Below the pieces are notes generated by a model that made no database searches, was not told where the DNA came from, and saw only the letters and a list, made by a program, of their open reading frames with translations. From the human T2T-CHM13v2.0 reference genome, Homo sapiens, in the NCBI RefSeq assembly GCF_009914755.1, contig NC_060937.1: 64,000 bases of DNA; one strand, written 5' to 3'. The position numbers and the translations under genes are program-made. Positions 1-13,223 of the stretch are shown here, piece by piece; position 1 is the stretch's first letter, and every line of letters begins with the position of its first letter.

Positions 1-3000
1 TTGTGTACTGTACATAATATATTAAATCGCCCAAATATATATTGTATACTGTATATAAAATATGAAGGTACTTCAAATATATATTATATGCTGCACATAA
101 AATATCAAAGTACCCAAGGTATGCATTACATACTGTACATAAAATATCAAAGTACACATATTATATATTATATAATATACATAAAATATGAAGGTTCATC
201 AAATATATATTATATTCTGTACATAATATATCAAAGTACATCAAATATATATTATATACTGTACATAAAATATCAAAGTACCAAAAATATGTATTATATA
301 CTGTACATAAAATATGAAAGTAACCAAACATTTATAATATACTGTACATAAAATATCAAAGTACTCAGTCTACATATTATATACAGTATATAAAATATCA
401 AAGTACACACACTGTATATTATATACTGTACATAATATATCAAAGTACCCAGAATATATAGCATACTGTACATAAAATATCAAAGTACCCGAAATATATA
501 TGGTATACTGTACATAAAATATGAAGGTACATCAAAGATATATTATATTCTGTACATAAAATATCAAACTACACCAAATATATATTATATGCTGTACATA
601 ATATATTAAAGTTGCCCAAATATACATTCTATACTGTACATAAAATATGAACGTACATCAAATATATAGTATATGCTGCACATAAAATATCAAAGTACCC
701 AAAGTATGTATTATACACTGTACATAAAATATCAAAGTACCAAAAGTATATATTACATACTGTAAATAAAATATGAAGGTACCTCAAATATATATTATGT
801 TCTGTACATAAAATATCAAAGTACACCAAGTATATACTACATACTCTGCATAAAATATTAAATTACCCACAATATGTATTGTATTGTGTACATAAAATAT
901 GAAAGTAACCAAACATTTATAATAAACTGTACATAAAATATCAAAGTACTCAAACTGTATATGATATACTGTACATAAAGTATCAAAGTACCCAAACTGT
1001 GTAGTATATTCTGTACATAAAATATCAAGGTACCCAAAATATATATTGTAAACTGTAGATAAAATATCAAAGTACCCAAAATATATATTATATACTGTAC
1101 ATAAAATATGAAGGCACATCCAATATATATTATATTCTGTACATAAAATATCAAAGTACACCAAATGTATATTATATACTGTACATAAAATATCAAAGTA
1201 CCCAAAGTGTATATTATATACTGTACATAAAATATGAAGGTTCATCAAATATATTTTATATTCTGCACATAATATATCAAAGTACAGCAAATATATATTA
1301 TATACTGTACATAAAATATCAAAGTACCCAAAATATGTATTATATACTGTACATAAAATATGAAAGTAACCAAACATTTATAATAAACTGTACATAAAGT
1401 ATCAAACTACTCAAACTACATATTATATACAGTATATAAAACGTCAAAGTACCCAAACTGTATATTATATACTGTACATAATATATCAAAGTACCCAAAT
1501 ATATAGCATACTGTACATAAAATATCAAAGTACCCAAAATATATATTATATACTGTACATAAAATATCAAAATACCCAAAATATATATTATATACTGTAC
1601 ATAAATTACCAAAGTACCCAAAGTATATATTATGTACCGTACAAAAAATATCAAAGTAGCCAAAATATGTATTATACACTGTACTTAATATATGAAAGTA
1701 CCCAAACATTTATAATAAACTGTAAATAAAATATCAATGTACTCAAACTATATATTATGTGCGGTACATAAGATATCAAAGTACCCATGCCATATAGTAT
1801 ATACTGTACTTAAAATATCAAAATACCCAAAATATATATTATATACGTTACATAAACTATCAAATACACAAAGTATGTATTATATACTGTACATAAAATA
1901 GCAAAGTTCCCAAAATATGTATTATATACTGTACATAAAATATGAAAGTACCCAACCATTTATAATAAACTCTACATAAAATACCAAAGTACCCAAACTG
2001 TGTATTATATACTGTCCATAAAATATCAAAAGACCCAAAATATATATTGTAAACTCTACATAAAATATCAAAGTAGCCAAAATACATATTGTATACTGTA
2101 CATAAAATATAAAAGTACCCCAAATATATATTATATACTGTACATAAAATATCAAAGTACCCATAATACATATTATATACTGTACATAAAATATCAAAGG
2201 ACCCAAAATAAACATTATATACTGTACATAAAATATCCAAATACTCAAAATATATATTACATACTGTACATAAAATATCAAAGTACCCAAATTATGTATT
2301 ATATACTGTACGTAAAATATCAGAGTACCCAAAATATGCATTATATACTGTACATAAAATATGAAGGTACATCAAATATATAGTATATGCTGCACATAAA
2401 ATATCAAAGTACCCAAAATATATATTGTATACTGTACATAAAATATGAAGGTACATCAAAGATATATTTTATCCTGTACATAAAATATCAAAGTACACCA
2501 AATATATATTATATGCTGTACATAATATATTAAAGTCGACCAAATATATATTATATACTGTACATAAAATATGAAGGTACCTCAACTATATATTATATGC
2601 TGCACATAAAATATCAAAGTACCCAAAGTATGTATTATATACTGTACATAAAATATCAAAGTACCCAAAGTATATATTATATACTGTACATAAAATATAA
2701 AATACCCCAAATATATATTATATGCTGTACATAAAATATCAAAGTACACAAAATATGTATTATGTACTGTACATACAATATAAAGGACCCAAAATATATA
2801 CTATATACTGTACATAAAATATCAAAATACCCAAAATATATATTATATACTGTACATAAAGTACCAAAGTACCCAAAGTATATATTATATACCGTACAAA
2901 AAATATCAAAGTAGCCAAAATATGTATTATACACTGTACATAATATATGAAAGTACCCAAACATTTATAATAAACTGTACATAAAATATCAATGTACTCA

Positions 3001-3891
3001 AACTATGTATTATGTGCGGTACATAACATATCAAAGTACCCATACTATATAGTATGTACTGTACTTAAAATATCAAAATACCCAAAATATATATTATATA
3101 CGTTACATAAACTATCAAATACAAAAAGTATGTATTATATACTGCACATAAAATAGCAAAGTTCCCAAAATATGTATTATATACTGTACATAAAATATGA
3201 AAGTACCCAACCATTTATAATAAACTCTACATAAAATACCAAAATACCCAAACTGTGTATTATATACTGTCCATAAAATATCAAAGTACCCAAAATATAT
3301 ATTGTAAACTGTACATAAAATATCAAAGTAGCCAAAATACATATTGTATACTGTACATAAAATATGAAAGTACCCCAAATATGTATTATATACTGTACAT
3401 AAAATATCAAAGTACCCATAATACATATTATATACTGTACATAAAATATCAAAGGACCCAAAATAAACATTATATACTGTACATAAAATATCCAAATACT
3501 CAAAATATATATTACGTACTGTACATAAAATATCAAAGTAACCAAATTATGTATTATATACTGTACGTAAAATATCAGAGTACCCAAAATATGCGTTATA
3601 TACTGTACATAAAATATGAAAGTAACAAAACATTTATAATAAACTGTACATAAAATATCAAAGTACTCAAACTATATATCATATACTGTACATAAAATAT
3701 CAAAGTACCCAAACTGTGTATTATTATATACTGTATATAAAATATCAAAGTACCTGAAATATATACTGTATACTGTACATAAAATATCAAAGTACCCAAA
3801 ATATATACTATATACTGTACATAAAATATGAAGGTACATCAAATATATATTATATCCTGTACATAAAATATCAAACTACACCTATTATATA
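1..3891 (+). repeat. Composite macro-unit (3891 bp): A unit with 377-bp deletion fused to a doubly deleted B unit
   Basis: The unit-start marker TTGTGTACTGTACATAATATATTAAATCGCCC lies at 1 and next at 3892. The internal marker CGTTACATAAACTATCAAATAC occurs twice, 1255 bp apart (~1850 and ~3105). Length balance: 6319-377-922-1129=3891. Confidence 0.8.
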
Positions 3892-6800
3892 TTGTGTACT
3901 GTACATAATATATTAAATCGCCCAAATATATATTGTATACTGTATATAAAATATGAAGGTACTTCAAATATATATTATATGCTGCACATAAAATATCAAA
4001 GTACCCAAGGTATGCATTACATACTGTACATAAAATATCAAAGTACACAAATTATATATTATATACTGTACATAAAATATGTAGGTTCATCAAATATATT
4101 TTATATTCTGTACATAATATATCAAAGTACATCAAATATATATTATATACGGTACATAAAATATCAAATTACCCAAAATATGCATTATTTACTGTACATA
4201 AAATATGAAAGTAACCAAACATTTATAATAAACTGTACATAAATTATCAAAGTACTCAATCTACATATTATATACAGTATATAAAATATCAAAGTACACA
4301 AACTGTATATTATATACTGTACATAATATGTCAAAGTACCCAGAATATATAGCATACTGTACATACAATATCAAAGTACCCAGAATGTATATTGTATACT
4401 GTACATAAAATATGAAGGTACATCAAAGATATATTATATTCTGTACATAAAATATCAAAGTACACCAAATATATATTATATGCTGTACATAATATATTAA
4501 AGTTGCCCATGTATACATTTTATACTGTACATAAAATATGAAGGTACATCAAATATATACTATATGCTGCACATAAAATATCAAAGTATCCAAAGTATGT
4601 ATTATATACTGTACATAAAATATCAAAGTACCAAAAGTATATATTACCTACTGTAAATAAAATATGAAGGTACCTCAAATATATATTATATTCTGTACAT
4701 GAAATATCAAAGTACACCAAGTATATACTATATACTCTACATAAAATATTAAATTACCCAAAATATGTATTGTATTGTGTACATAAATTATGAAAGTAAC
4801 CAAACATTTATAATAAACTGTACATAAAATATCAAAGTACTCAAACTGTATATTATATACTGTACATAAAGTATCAAAGTACCCAAACTGTGTAGTATAT
4901 ACTGTACATAAAATATCAAGGTACCCAAAATGTATATTGTAAACTGTAGATAAAATATCAAAGTACCCAAAATATATATTAAATACTGTACATAAAATAT
5001 GAAGGCACATCCAATATATATTATATTCTGTACATAAAATATGAAAGTACACCAAATGTATATTATATACTGTACATAAAATATCAAAGTACCCAAAGTG
5101 TATATTATATACTGTACATAAAATATGAAGGTTCATCAAATATATTTTATATTCTGCACATAATATATCAAAGTACAGCAAATATATATTATATACTGTA
5201 CATAAAATATCAAAGTACCCAAAATATGTATTATATACTGTACATAAAATGTGAAAGTAACCAAACATTTATAATAAACTGTACATAAAATATCAAAGTA
5301 CTCAAACTACATATTATATACAGTATATAAAATATCAAAGTACCCAAACTGTATATTATATACTGTACATAATATATCAAAGTACCCGAATATATAGCAT
5401 ACTCTACATAAAATATCAAAGTACCCAAAGTGTGTATTATACACTGCACATAAAATATGAAGGTACATAAAATATATATTGTATTCTGTACATAAAATAT
5501 CAAAGTACTCCAAATATATATTATATGCTGTACATAATATATTAAAGTCGCCCAAATATATATTATATACTGTACATAAAATATGAAGGTACATCAAATA
5601 TATATTATATGCTGCACATAAAATATCAAAGTACCCAAAGTATGTGTTATATACTGTACATAAAATATCAAAGTACCCAAAGTATATATTATATACTGTA
5701 CATAAAATATAAAATACCCCAAATATATATTATATGCTGTACATAAAATATCAAAGTACACAAAATATGTATTATGTACTGTACATAAAATACCAAAGGA
5801 CCCAAAATATATATTATATACTGTACATAAAATATCAAAATACCCAAAATATATATTATATACTGTACATAAAGTACCAAAGTACCCAAAGTATATATTA
5901 TATACCGTACAAAAAATATCAAAGTAGCCAAAATATGTATTATACACTGTACATAATATATGAAAGTACCCAAACATTTATAATAAACTGTACATAAAAT
6001 ATCAATGTACTCAAACTATATATTATGTGCGCTACATAAGATATCAAAGTACCCATACTATATAGTATATACTGTACTTAAAATATCAAAATACCCAAAA
6101 TATATATTATATACGTTACATAAACTATCAAATACACAAAGTATGTATTATATACTGTACATAAAATAGCAAAGTTCCCAAAATATGTATTATATACTGT
6201 ACATAAAATATGAAAGTACCCAACCATTTATAATAAAGTCTACATAAAATACCAAAGTACCCAAACTGTGTATTATATACTGTCCATAAAATATCAAAGG
6301 ACCCAAAATATATATCGTAAACTCTACATAAAATATCAAAGTAGCCAAAATACATATTGTATACTGTACATAAAATATAAAAGTACCCCAAATATATATT
6401 ATATACTGTACATAAAATATCAAAGTACCCATAATACATATTATATACTGTACATAAAATATCAAAGGACCCAAAATAAACATTATATACTGTACATAAA
6501 ATATCCAAATACTCAAAATATATATTACATACTGTACATAAAATATCAAAGTACCCAAATTATGTATTATATACTGTACGTAAAATATCAGAGTACCCAA
6601 AATATGCATTATATACAGTACATAAAATATGAAAGTAACAAAACATTTATAATAAACTGTACATAAAATATCAAAGTACTCAAACTATATATCATATACT
6701 GTACATAAAATATCAAAGTACCCAAACTGTGTATTATTACATACTGTATATAAAATATCAAAGTACCTGAAATATATATTTTATACTGTACATAAAATAT

Positions 6801-6904
6801 CAAAGTACCCAAAATATATACTATATACTGTACATAAAATATGAAGGTACATCAAATATATATTATATCCTGTACATAAAATATCAAAGTACTCCTATTA
6901 TATA
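3892..6904 (+). repeat. Macro-unit A length class (3013 bp, ~72 monomers), with B-like 5' part
   Basis: Marker spacing 3892->6905 = 3013. It lacks the 294-bp block. Confidence 0.85.
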
Positions 6905-9900
6905 TTGTGTACTGTACATAATATATTAAATCGCCCAAATATATATTGTATACTGTATATAAAATATGAAGGTACTTCAAATATATATTATATGCTGCAC
7001 ATAAAATATCAAAGTACCCAAAGTATGCATTACATACTGTACATAAAATATCAAAGTACACAAATTATATATTATATTCTGTACATAAAATATGTAGGTT
7101 CATCAAATATATTTTATATTCTGTACATAATATATCAAAGTACATCAAATATATATTATATACGGTACATAAAATATCAAAGTACCCAAAATATGTACTA
7201 TTTACTGTACATAAAATATGAAAGTAACCAAACTTTTATAATAAACTGTACATAAAATATCAAAGTACTCAATCTACATATTATATACAGTATATAAAAT
7301 ATCAAAGTACACAAACTGTATATTATATACTGTACATAATATATCAAAGTACCCAGAATATGTAGCATACTGTACATACAATATCAAAGTACCCAGAATG
7401 TATATTGTATACTGTACATAAAATATGAAGGTACATCAAAGATATATTATATTCTGTACATAAAATATCAAACTACACCAAATATATATTATATGCTGTA
7501 CATAATATATTAAAGTTGCCCATGTATACATTTTATACTGTACATAAAATATGAAGGTACGTCAAATATATAGTATATGCTGCACATAAAATATCAAAGT
7601 ACCCAAAGTATGTATTATATACTGTACATAAAATATCAAAGTACCAAAAGTATATATTACCTACTGTAAATAAAATATGAAGATACCTCAAATATATATT
7701 ATATTCTGTACATAAAATATCAAAGTACACCAAGTATATACTATATACTCTACATAAAATATTAAATTACCCAAAATATGTATTGTATTGTGTACATAAA
7801 ATATGAAAGTAACCAAACATTTATAATAAACTGTACATAAAATATCAAAGTACTCAAACTTTATATTATATACTGTACATAAAGTATCAAAGTACCCAAA
7901 CTGTGTAGTATATACTGTACATAAAATATCAAGGTACCCAAAATGTATATTGTACACTGTAGATAAAATATCAAAGTACCCAAAATATATATTATATACT
8001 GTACATAAAATATGAAGGCACATCCAATATATATTATATTCTGTACATAAAATATCAAAGTACACCAAATGTATATTATATACTGTACATAAAATATAAA
8101 ACTACCCCAAATATATCTTATATACTCTACATAAAATATCAAAGTACCCAAAATATATATTATATACTGTACATAAAATATCAAAGTACCCATAGTATGT
8201 ATTATATCCTGTACATAAAATATGAAGGTACATCAAATATATATTCTATTCTGCACATAAAATATCATATTGCACCAAATATATATTGTATACTGTATAT
8301 AAAATATGAAGGTACTTCAAATATATATTATATGCTTCACATAAAATATCAAAATACCCAAAGTATGCATTATATACTGTACATAAAATATCAAAGTACC
8401 CAAAGTGTATATTATATACTGTACATAAAATATGAAGGTTCATCAAATATATTTTATATTCTGCACATAATATATCAAAGTACAGCAAATATATATTATA
8501 TATTGTACATAAAATAACAAAGTACCAAAAATATGTATTATATACTGTACATAAAATACGAAAGTAACCAAATATTTATAATAAACTGTATATAAAATAT
8601 CAAAGTACTCAAAGTACATATTATATACAGTATATAAAATATCAAAGTACCCAAACTATATATTATATACTGTACATACTATATCAAAGTACCCAAATAT
8701 ATAGCATACTGTCCATAAAATATCGAAGTACCCAAAATATATATTGTATACTGTACATAAAATATGAAGGTACATCAAAGATATATTATATCCTGTACAT
8801 AAAATATCAAAGTACACCAAATATATATTATATGCTGTACATAATATATTAAAGTCGACCAAATATATATTATATACTGTACATAAAATATGAAGGTACC
8901 TCAACTATATATTATATGCTGCACATAAAATATCAAAGTACCCAAAGTATGTATTATATACTGTACATAAAATATCAAAGTACCCAAAGTATATATTATA
9001 TACTATACATAAAATATAAAATACCCCAAATATATATTATATGCTGTACATAAAATATCAAAGTACACAAAATATGTATTATGTACTGTACATACAATAT
9101 AAAGGACCCAAAATATATACTATATACTGTACATAAAATATCAAAATACCCAAAATATATATTATATACTGTACATAAAGTACCAAAGTACCCAAAGTAT
9201 ATATTATATACCGTACAAAAAATATCAAAGTAGCCAAAATATGTATTATACACTGTACATAATATATGAAAGTACCCAAACATTTATAATAAACTGTACA
9301 TAAAATATCAATGTACTCAAACTATGTATTATGTGCGGTACATAACATATCAAAGTACCCATACTATATAGTATGTACTGTACTTAAAATATCAAAATAC
9401 CCAAAATATATATTATATACGTTACATAAACTATCAAATACACAAAGTATGTATTATATACTGCACATAAAATAGCAAAGTTCCCAAAATATGTATTATA
9501 TACTGTACATAAAATATGAAAGTACCCAACCATTTATAATAAACTCTACATAAAATACCAAAGTACCCAAACTGTGTATTATATACTGTCCATAAAATAT
9601 CAAAGTACCCAAAATATATATTGTAAACTGTACATAAAATATCAAAGTAGCCAAAATACATATTGTATACTGTACATAAAATATGAAAGTACCCCAAATA
9701 TGTATTATATACTGTACATAAAATATCAAAGTACCCATAATACATATTATATACTGTACATAAAATATCAAAGGACCCAAAATAAACATTATATACTGTA
9801 CATAAAATATCCAAATACTCAAAATATATATTACGTACTGTACATAAAATATCAAAGTAACCAAATTATGTATTATATACTGTACGTAAAATATCAGAGT

Positions 9901-10210
9901 ACCCAAAATATGCGTTATATACTGTACATAAAATATGAAAGTAACAAAACATTTATAATAAACTGTACATAAAATATCAAAGTACTCAAACTATATATCA
10001 TATACTGTACATAAAATATCAAAGTACCCAAACTGTGTATTATTATATACTGTATATAAAATATCAAAGTACCTGAAATATATACTGTATACTGTACATA
10101 AAATATCAAAGTACCCAAAATATATACTATATACTGTACATAAAATATGAAGGTACATCAAATATATATTATATCCTGTACATAAAATATCAAACTACAC
10201 CTATTATATA
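6905..10210 (+). repeat. Macro-unit B (3306 bp, ~79 monomers)
   Basis: Marker spacing 3306. It contains the 294-bp block (8087-8380), GTCGAC at 8854, and the 1-bp-deleted monomer CATACAATATAAAGGACCC at 9091. Confidence 0.85.
8087..8380 (+). repeat. B-specific 294-bp (7-monomer) block; further copies start near 14406, 22817, 29119, 34455, 44080, 50400, 56071, 60548
   Basis: In A units CACCAAATGTATATTATATACTGT is followed directly by ACATAAAATATCAAAGTACCCAAAGTGTAT (e.g. ~5050-5100). In B units 294 bp containing AAAACTACCCC and ATATCATATTGCACC lie between these two motifs. Confidence 0.88.
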
Positions 10211-13200
10211 TTGTGTACTGTACATAATATATTAAATCGCCCAAATATATATTGTATACTGTATATAAAATATGAAGGTACTTCAAATATATATTATATG
10301 CTGCACATAAAATATCAAAGTACCCAAGGTATGCATTACATACTGTACATAAAATATCAAAGTACACAAATTATATATTATATACTGTACATAAAATATG
10401 TAGGTTCATCAAATATATTTTATATTCTGTACATAATATATCAAAGTACATCAAATATATATTATATACGGTACATAAAATATCAAATTACCCAAAATAT
10501 GCATTATTTACTGTACATAAAATATGAAAGTAACCAAACATTTATAATAAACTGTACATAAATTATCAAAGTACTCAATCTACATATTATATACAGTATA
10601 TAAAATATCAAAGTACACAAACTGTATATTATATACTGTACATAATATGTCAAAGTACCCAGAATATATAGCATACTGTACATACAATATCAAAGTACCC
10701 AGAATGTATATTGTATACTGTACATAAAATATGAAGGTACATCAAAGATATATTATATTCTGTACATAAAATATCAAAGTACACCAAATATATATTATAT
10801 GCTGTACATAATATATTAAAGTTGCCCATGTATACATTTTATACTGTACATAAAATATGAAGGTACATCAAATATATACTATATGCTGCACATAAAATAT
10901 CAAAGTATCCAAAGTATGTATTATATACTGTACATAAAATATCAAAGTACCAAAAGTATATATTACCTACTGTAAATAAAATATGAAGGTACCTCAAATA
11001 TATATTATATTCTGTACATGAAATATCAAAGTACACCAAGTATATACTATATACTCTACATAAAATATTAAATTACCCAAAATATGTATTGTATTGTGTA
11101 CATAAATTATGAAAGTAACCAAACATTTATAATAAACTGTACATAAAATATCAAAGTACTCAAACTGTATATTATATACTGTACATAAAGTATCAAAGTA
11201 CCCAAACTGTGTAGTATATACTGTACATAAAATATCAAGGTACCCAAAATATATATTGTAAACTGTAGATAAAATATCAAAATACCCAAACTATATATTA
11301 TATACTGTACATAAAATATGAAGGCACATCAAATATATATTATATTCTGTACATGAAATATCAAAGTACACCAAATGTATATTATATACTGTATATAAAA
11401 TATCAAAGTACCCAAAGTGTATATTATATACTGTACATAAAATATGAAGGTTCATCAAATATATTTTATATTCTGCACATAATATATCAAAGTACAGCGA
11501 ATATATATTATATACTGTACATAAAATATCAAAGTACCCAAAATATGTATTATATACTGTACATAAAATATGAAAGTAACCAAACATTTATAATAAACTG
11601 TACATAAAGTAACAAAGTACTCAAACTACATATTATATACAGTATATAAAATGTCAAAGTATCCAAACTGTATATTATATACTGTACATAATATATCAAA
11701 GTACCCGAATATATAGCATACTGTACATAAAATATCAAAGTACCCAAAGTGTGTATTATACACTGCACATAAAATATGAAGGTACATAAAATATATATTG
11801 TATTCTGTACATAAAATATCAAAGTACTCCAAATATATATTATATGCTGTACATAATATATTAAAGTCGCCCAAATATATATTATATACTGTACATAAAA
11901 TATGAAGGTACATCAAATATATATTATATGCTGCACATAAAATATCAAAGTACCCAAAGTATGTGTTATATACTGTACATAAAATATCAAAGTACCCAAA
12001 GTATATATTATATACTGTACATAAAATATAAAATACCCCAAATATATATTATATGCTGTACATAAAATATGAAAGTACACAAAATATGTATTATATACTG
12101 TACATAAAATACCAAAGGACCCAAAATATATATTATATACTGTACATAAAATATCAAAATACCCAAAATATATATTATATACTGTACATAAAATACCAAA
12201 GTACCCAAAGTATATATTATATACCGTACAAAAAATATCAAAGTAGCCAAAATATGTATTATACACTGTACATAATATATGAAAGTACCCAAACATTTAT
12301 AATAAACTGTACATAAAATATCAATGTACTCAAACTATATATTATGTGCGCTACATAAGATATCAAATTACCCATACTATATAGTATATACTGTACTTAA
12401 AATATCAAAATACCCAAAATATATATTATATACGTTACATAAACTATCAAATACACAAAGTATGTATTATATACTGTACATAAAATAGCAAAGTTCCCAA
12501 AATATGTATTATATACTGTACATAAAATATGAAAGTACCCAACCATTTATAATAAAGTCTACATAAAATACCAAAGTACCCAAACTGTGTATTATATACT
12601 GTCCATAAAATATCAAAGGACCCAAAATATATATCGTAAACTCTACATAAAATATCAAAGTAGCCAAAATACATATTGTATACTGTACATAAAATATAAA
12701 AGTACCCCAAATATATATTATATACTGTACATAAAATATCAAAGTACCCATAATACATATTATATACTGTACATAAAATATCAAAGGACCCAAAATAAAC
12801 ATTATATACTGTACATAAAATATCCAAATACTCAAAATATATATTACATACTGTACATAAAATATCAAAGTACCCAAATTATGTATTATATACTGTACGT
12901 AAAATATCAGAGTACCCAAAATATGCATTATATACTGTACATAAAATATGAAAGTAACAAAACATTTATAATAAACTGTACATAAAATATCAAAGTACTC
13001 AAACTATATATCATATACTGTACATAAAATATCAAAGTACCCAAACTGTGTATTATTACATACTGTATATAAAATATCAAAGTACCTGAAATATATATTT
13101 TATACTGTACATAAAATATCAAAGTACCCAAAATATATACTATATACTGTACATAAAATATGAAGGTACATCAAATATATATTATATCCTGTACATAAAA

Positions 13201-13223
13201 TATCAAAGTACTCCTATTATATA
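10211..13223 (+). repeat. Macro-unit A length class (3013 bp), with B-like 5' part
   Basis: Marker spacing 10211->13224 = 3013. It is a close copy of 3892-6904 at offset 6319. Confidence 0.85.

Noticed and set aside
3710-3735. Length-variant monomers (TAT insertion in GTGTATTATTATATAC; shortened TATAGCATAC monomers) as separate elements
   Set aside because: They are fixed small indels inherited with every macro-unit. They help explain why 3013 is not a multiple of 42, but they are not independent features.
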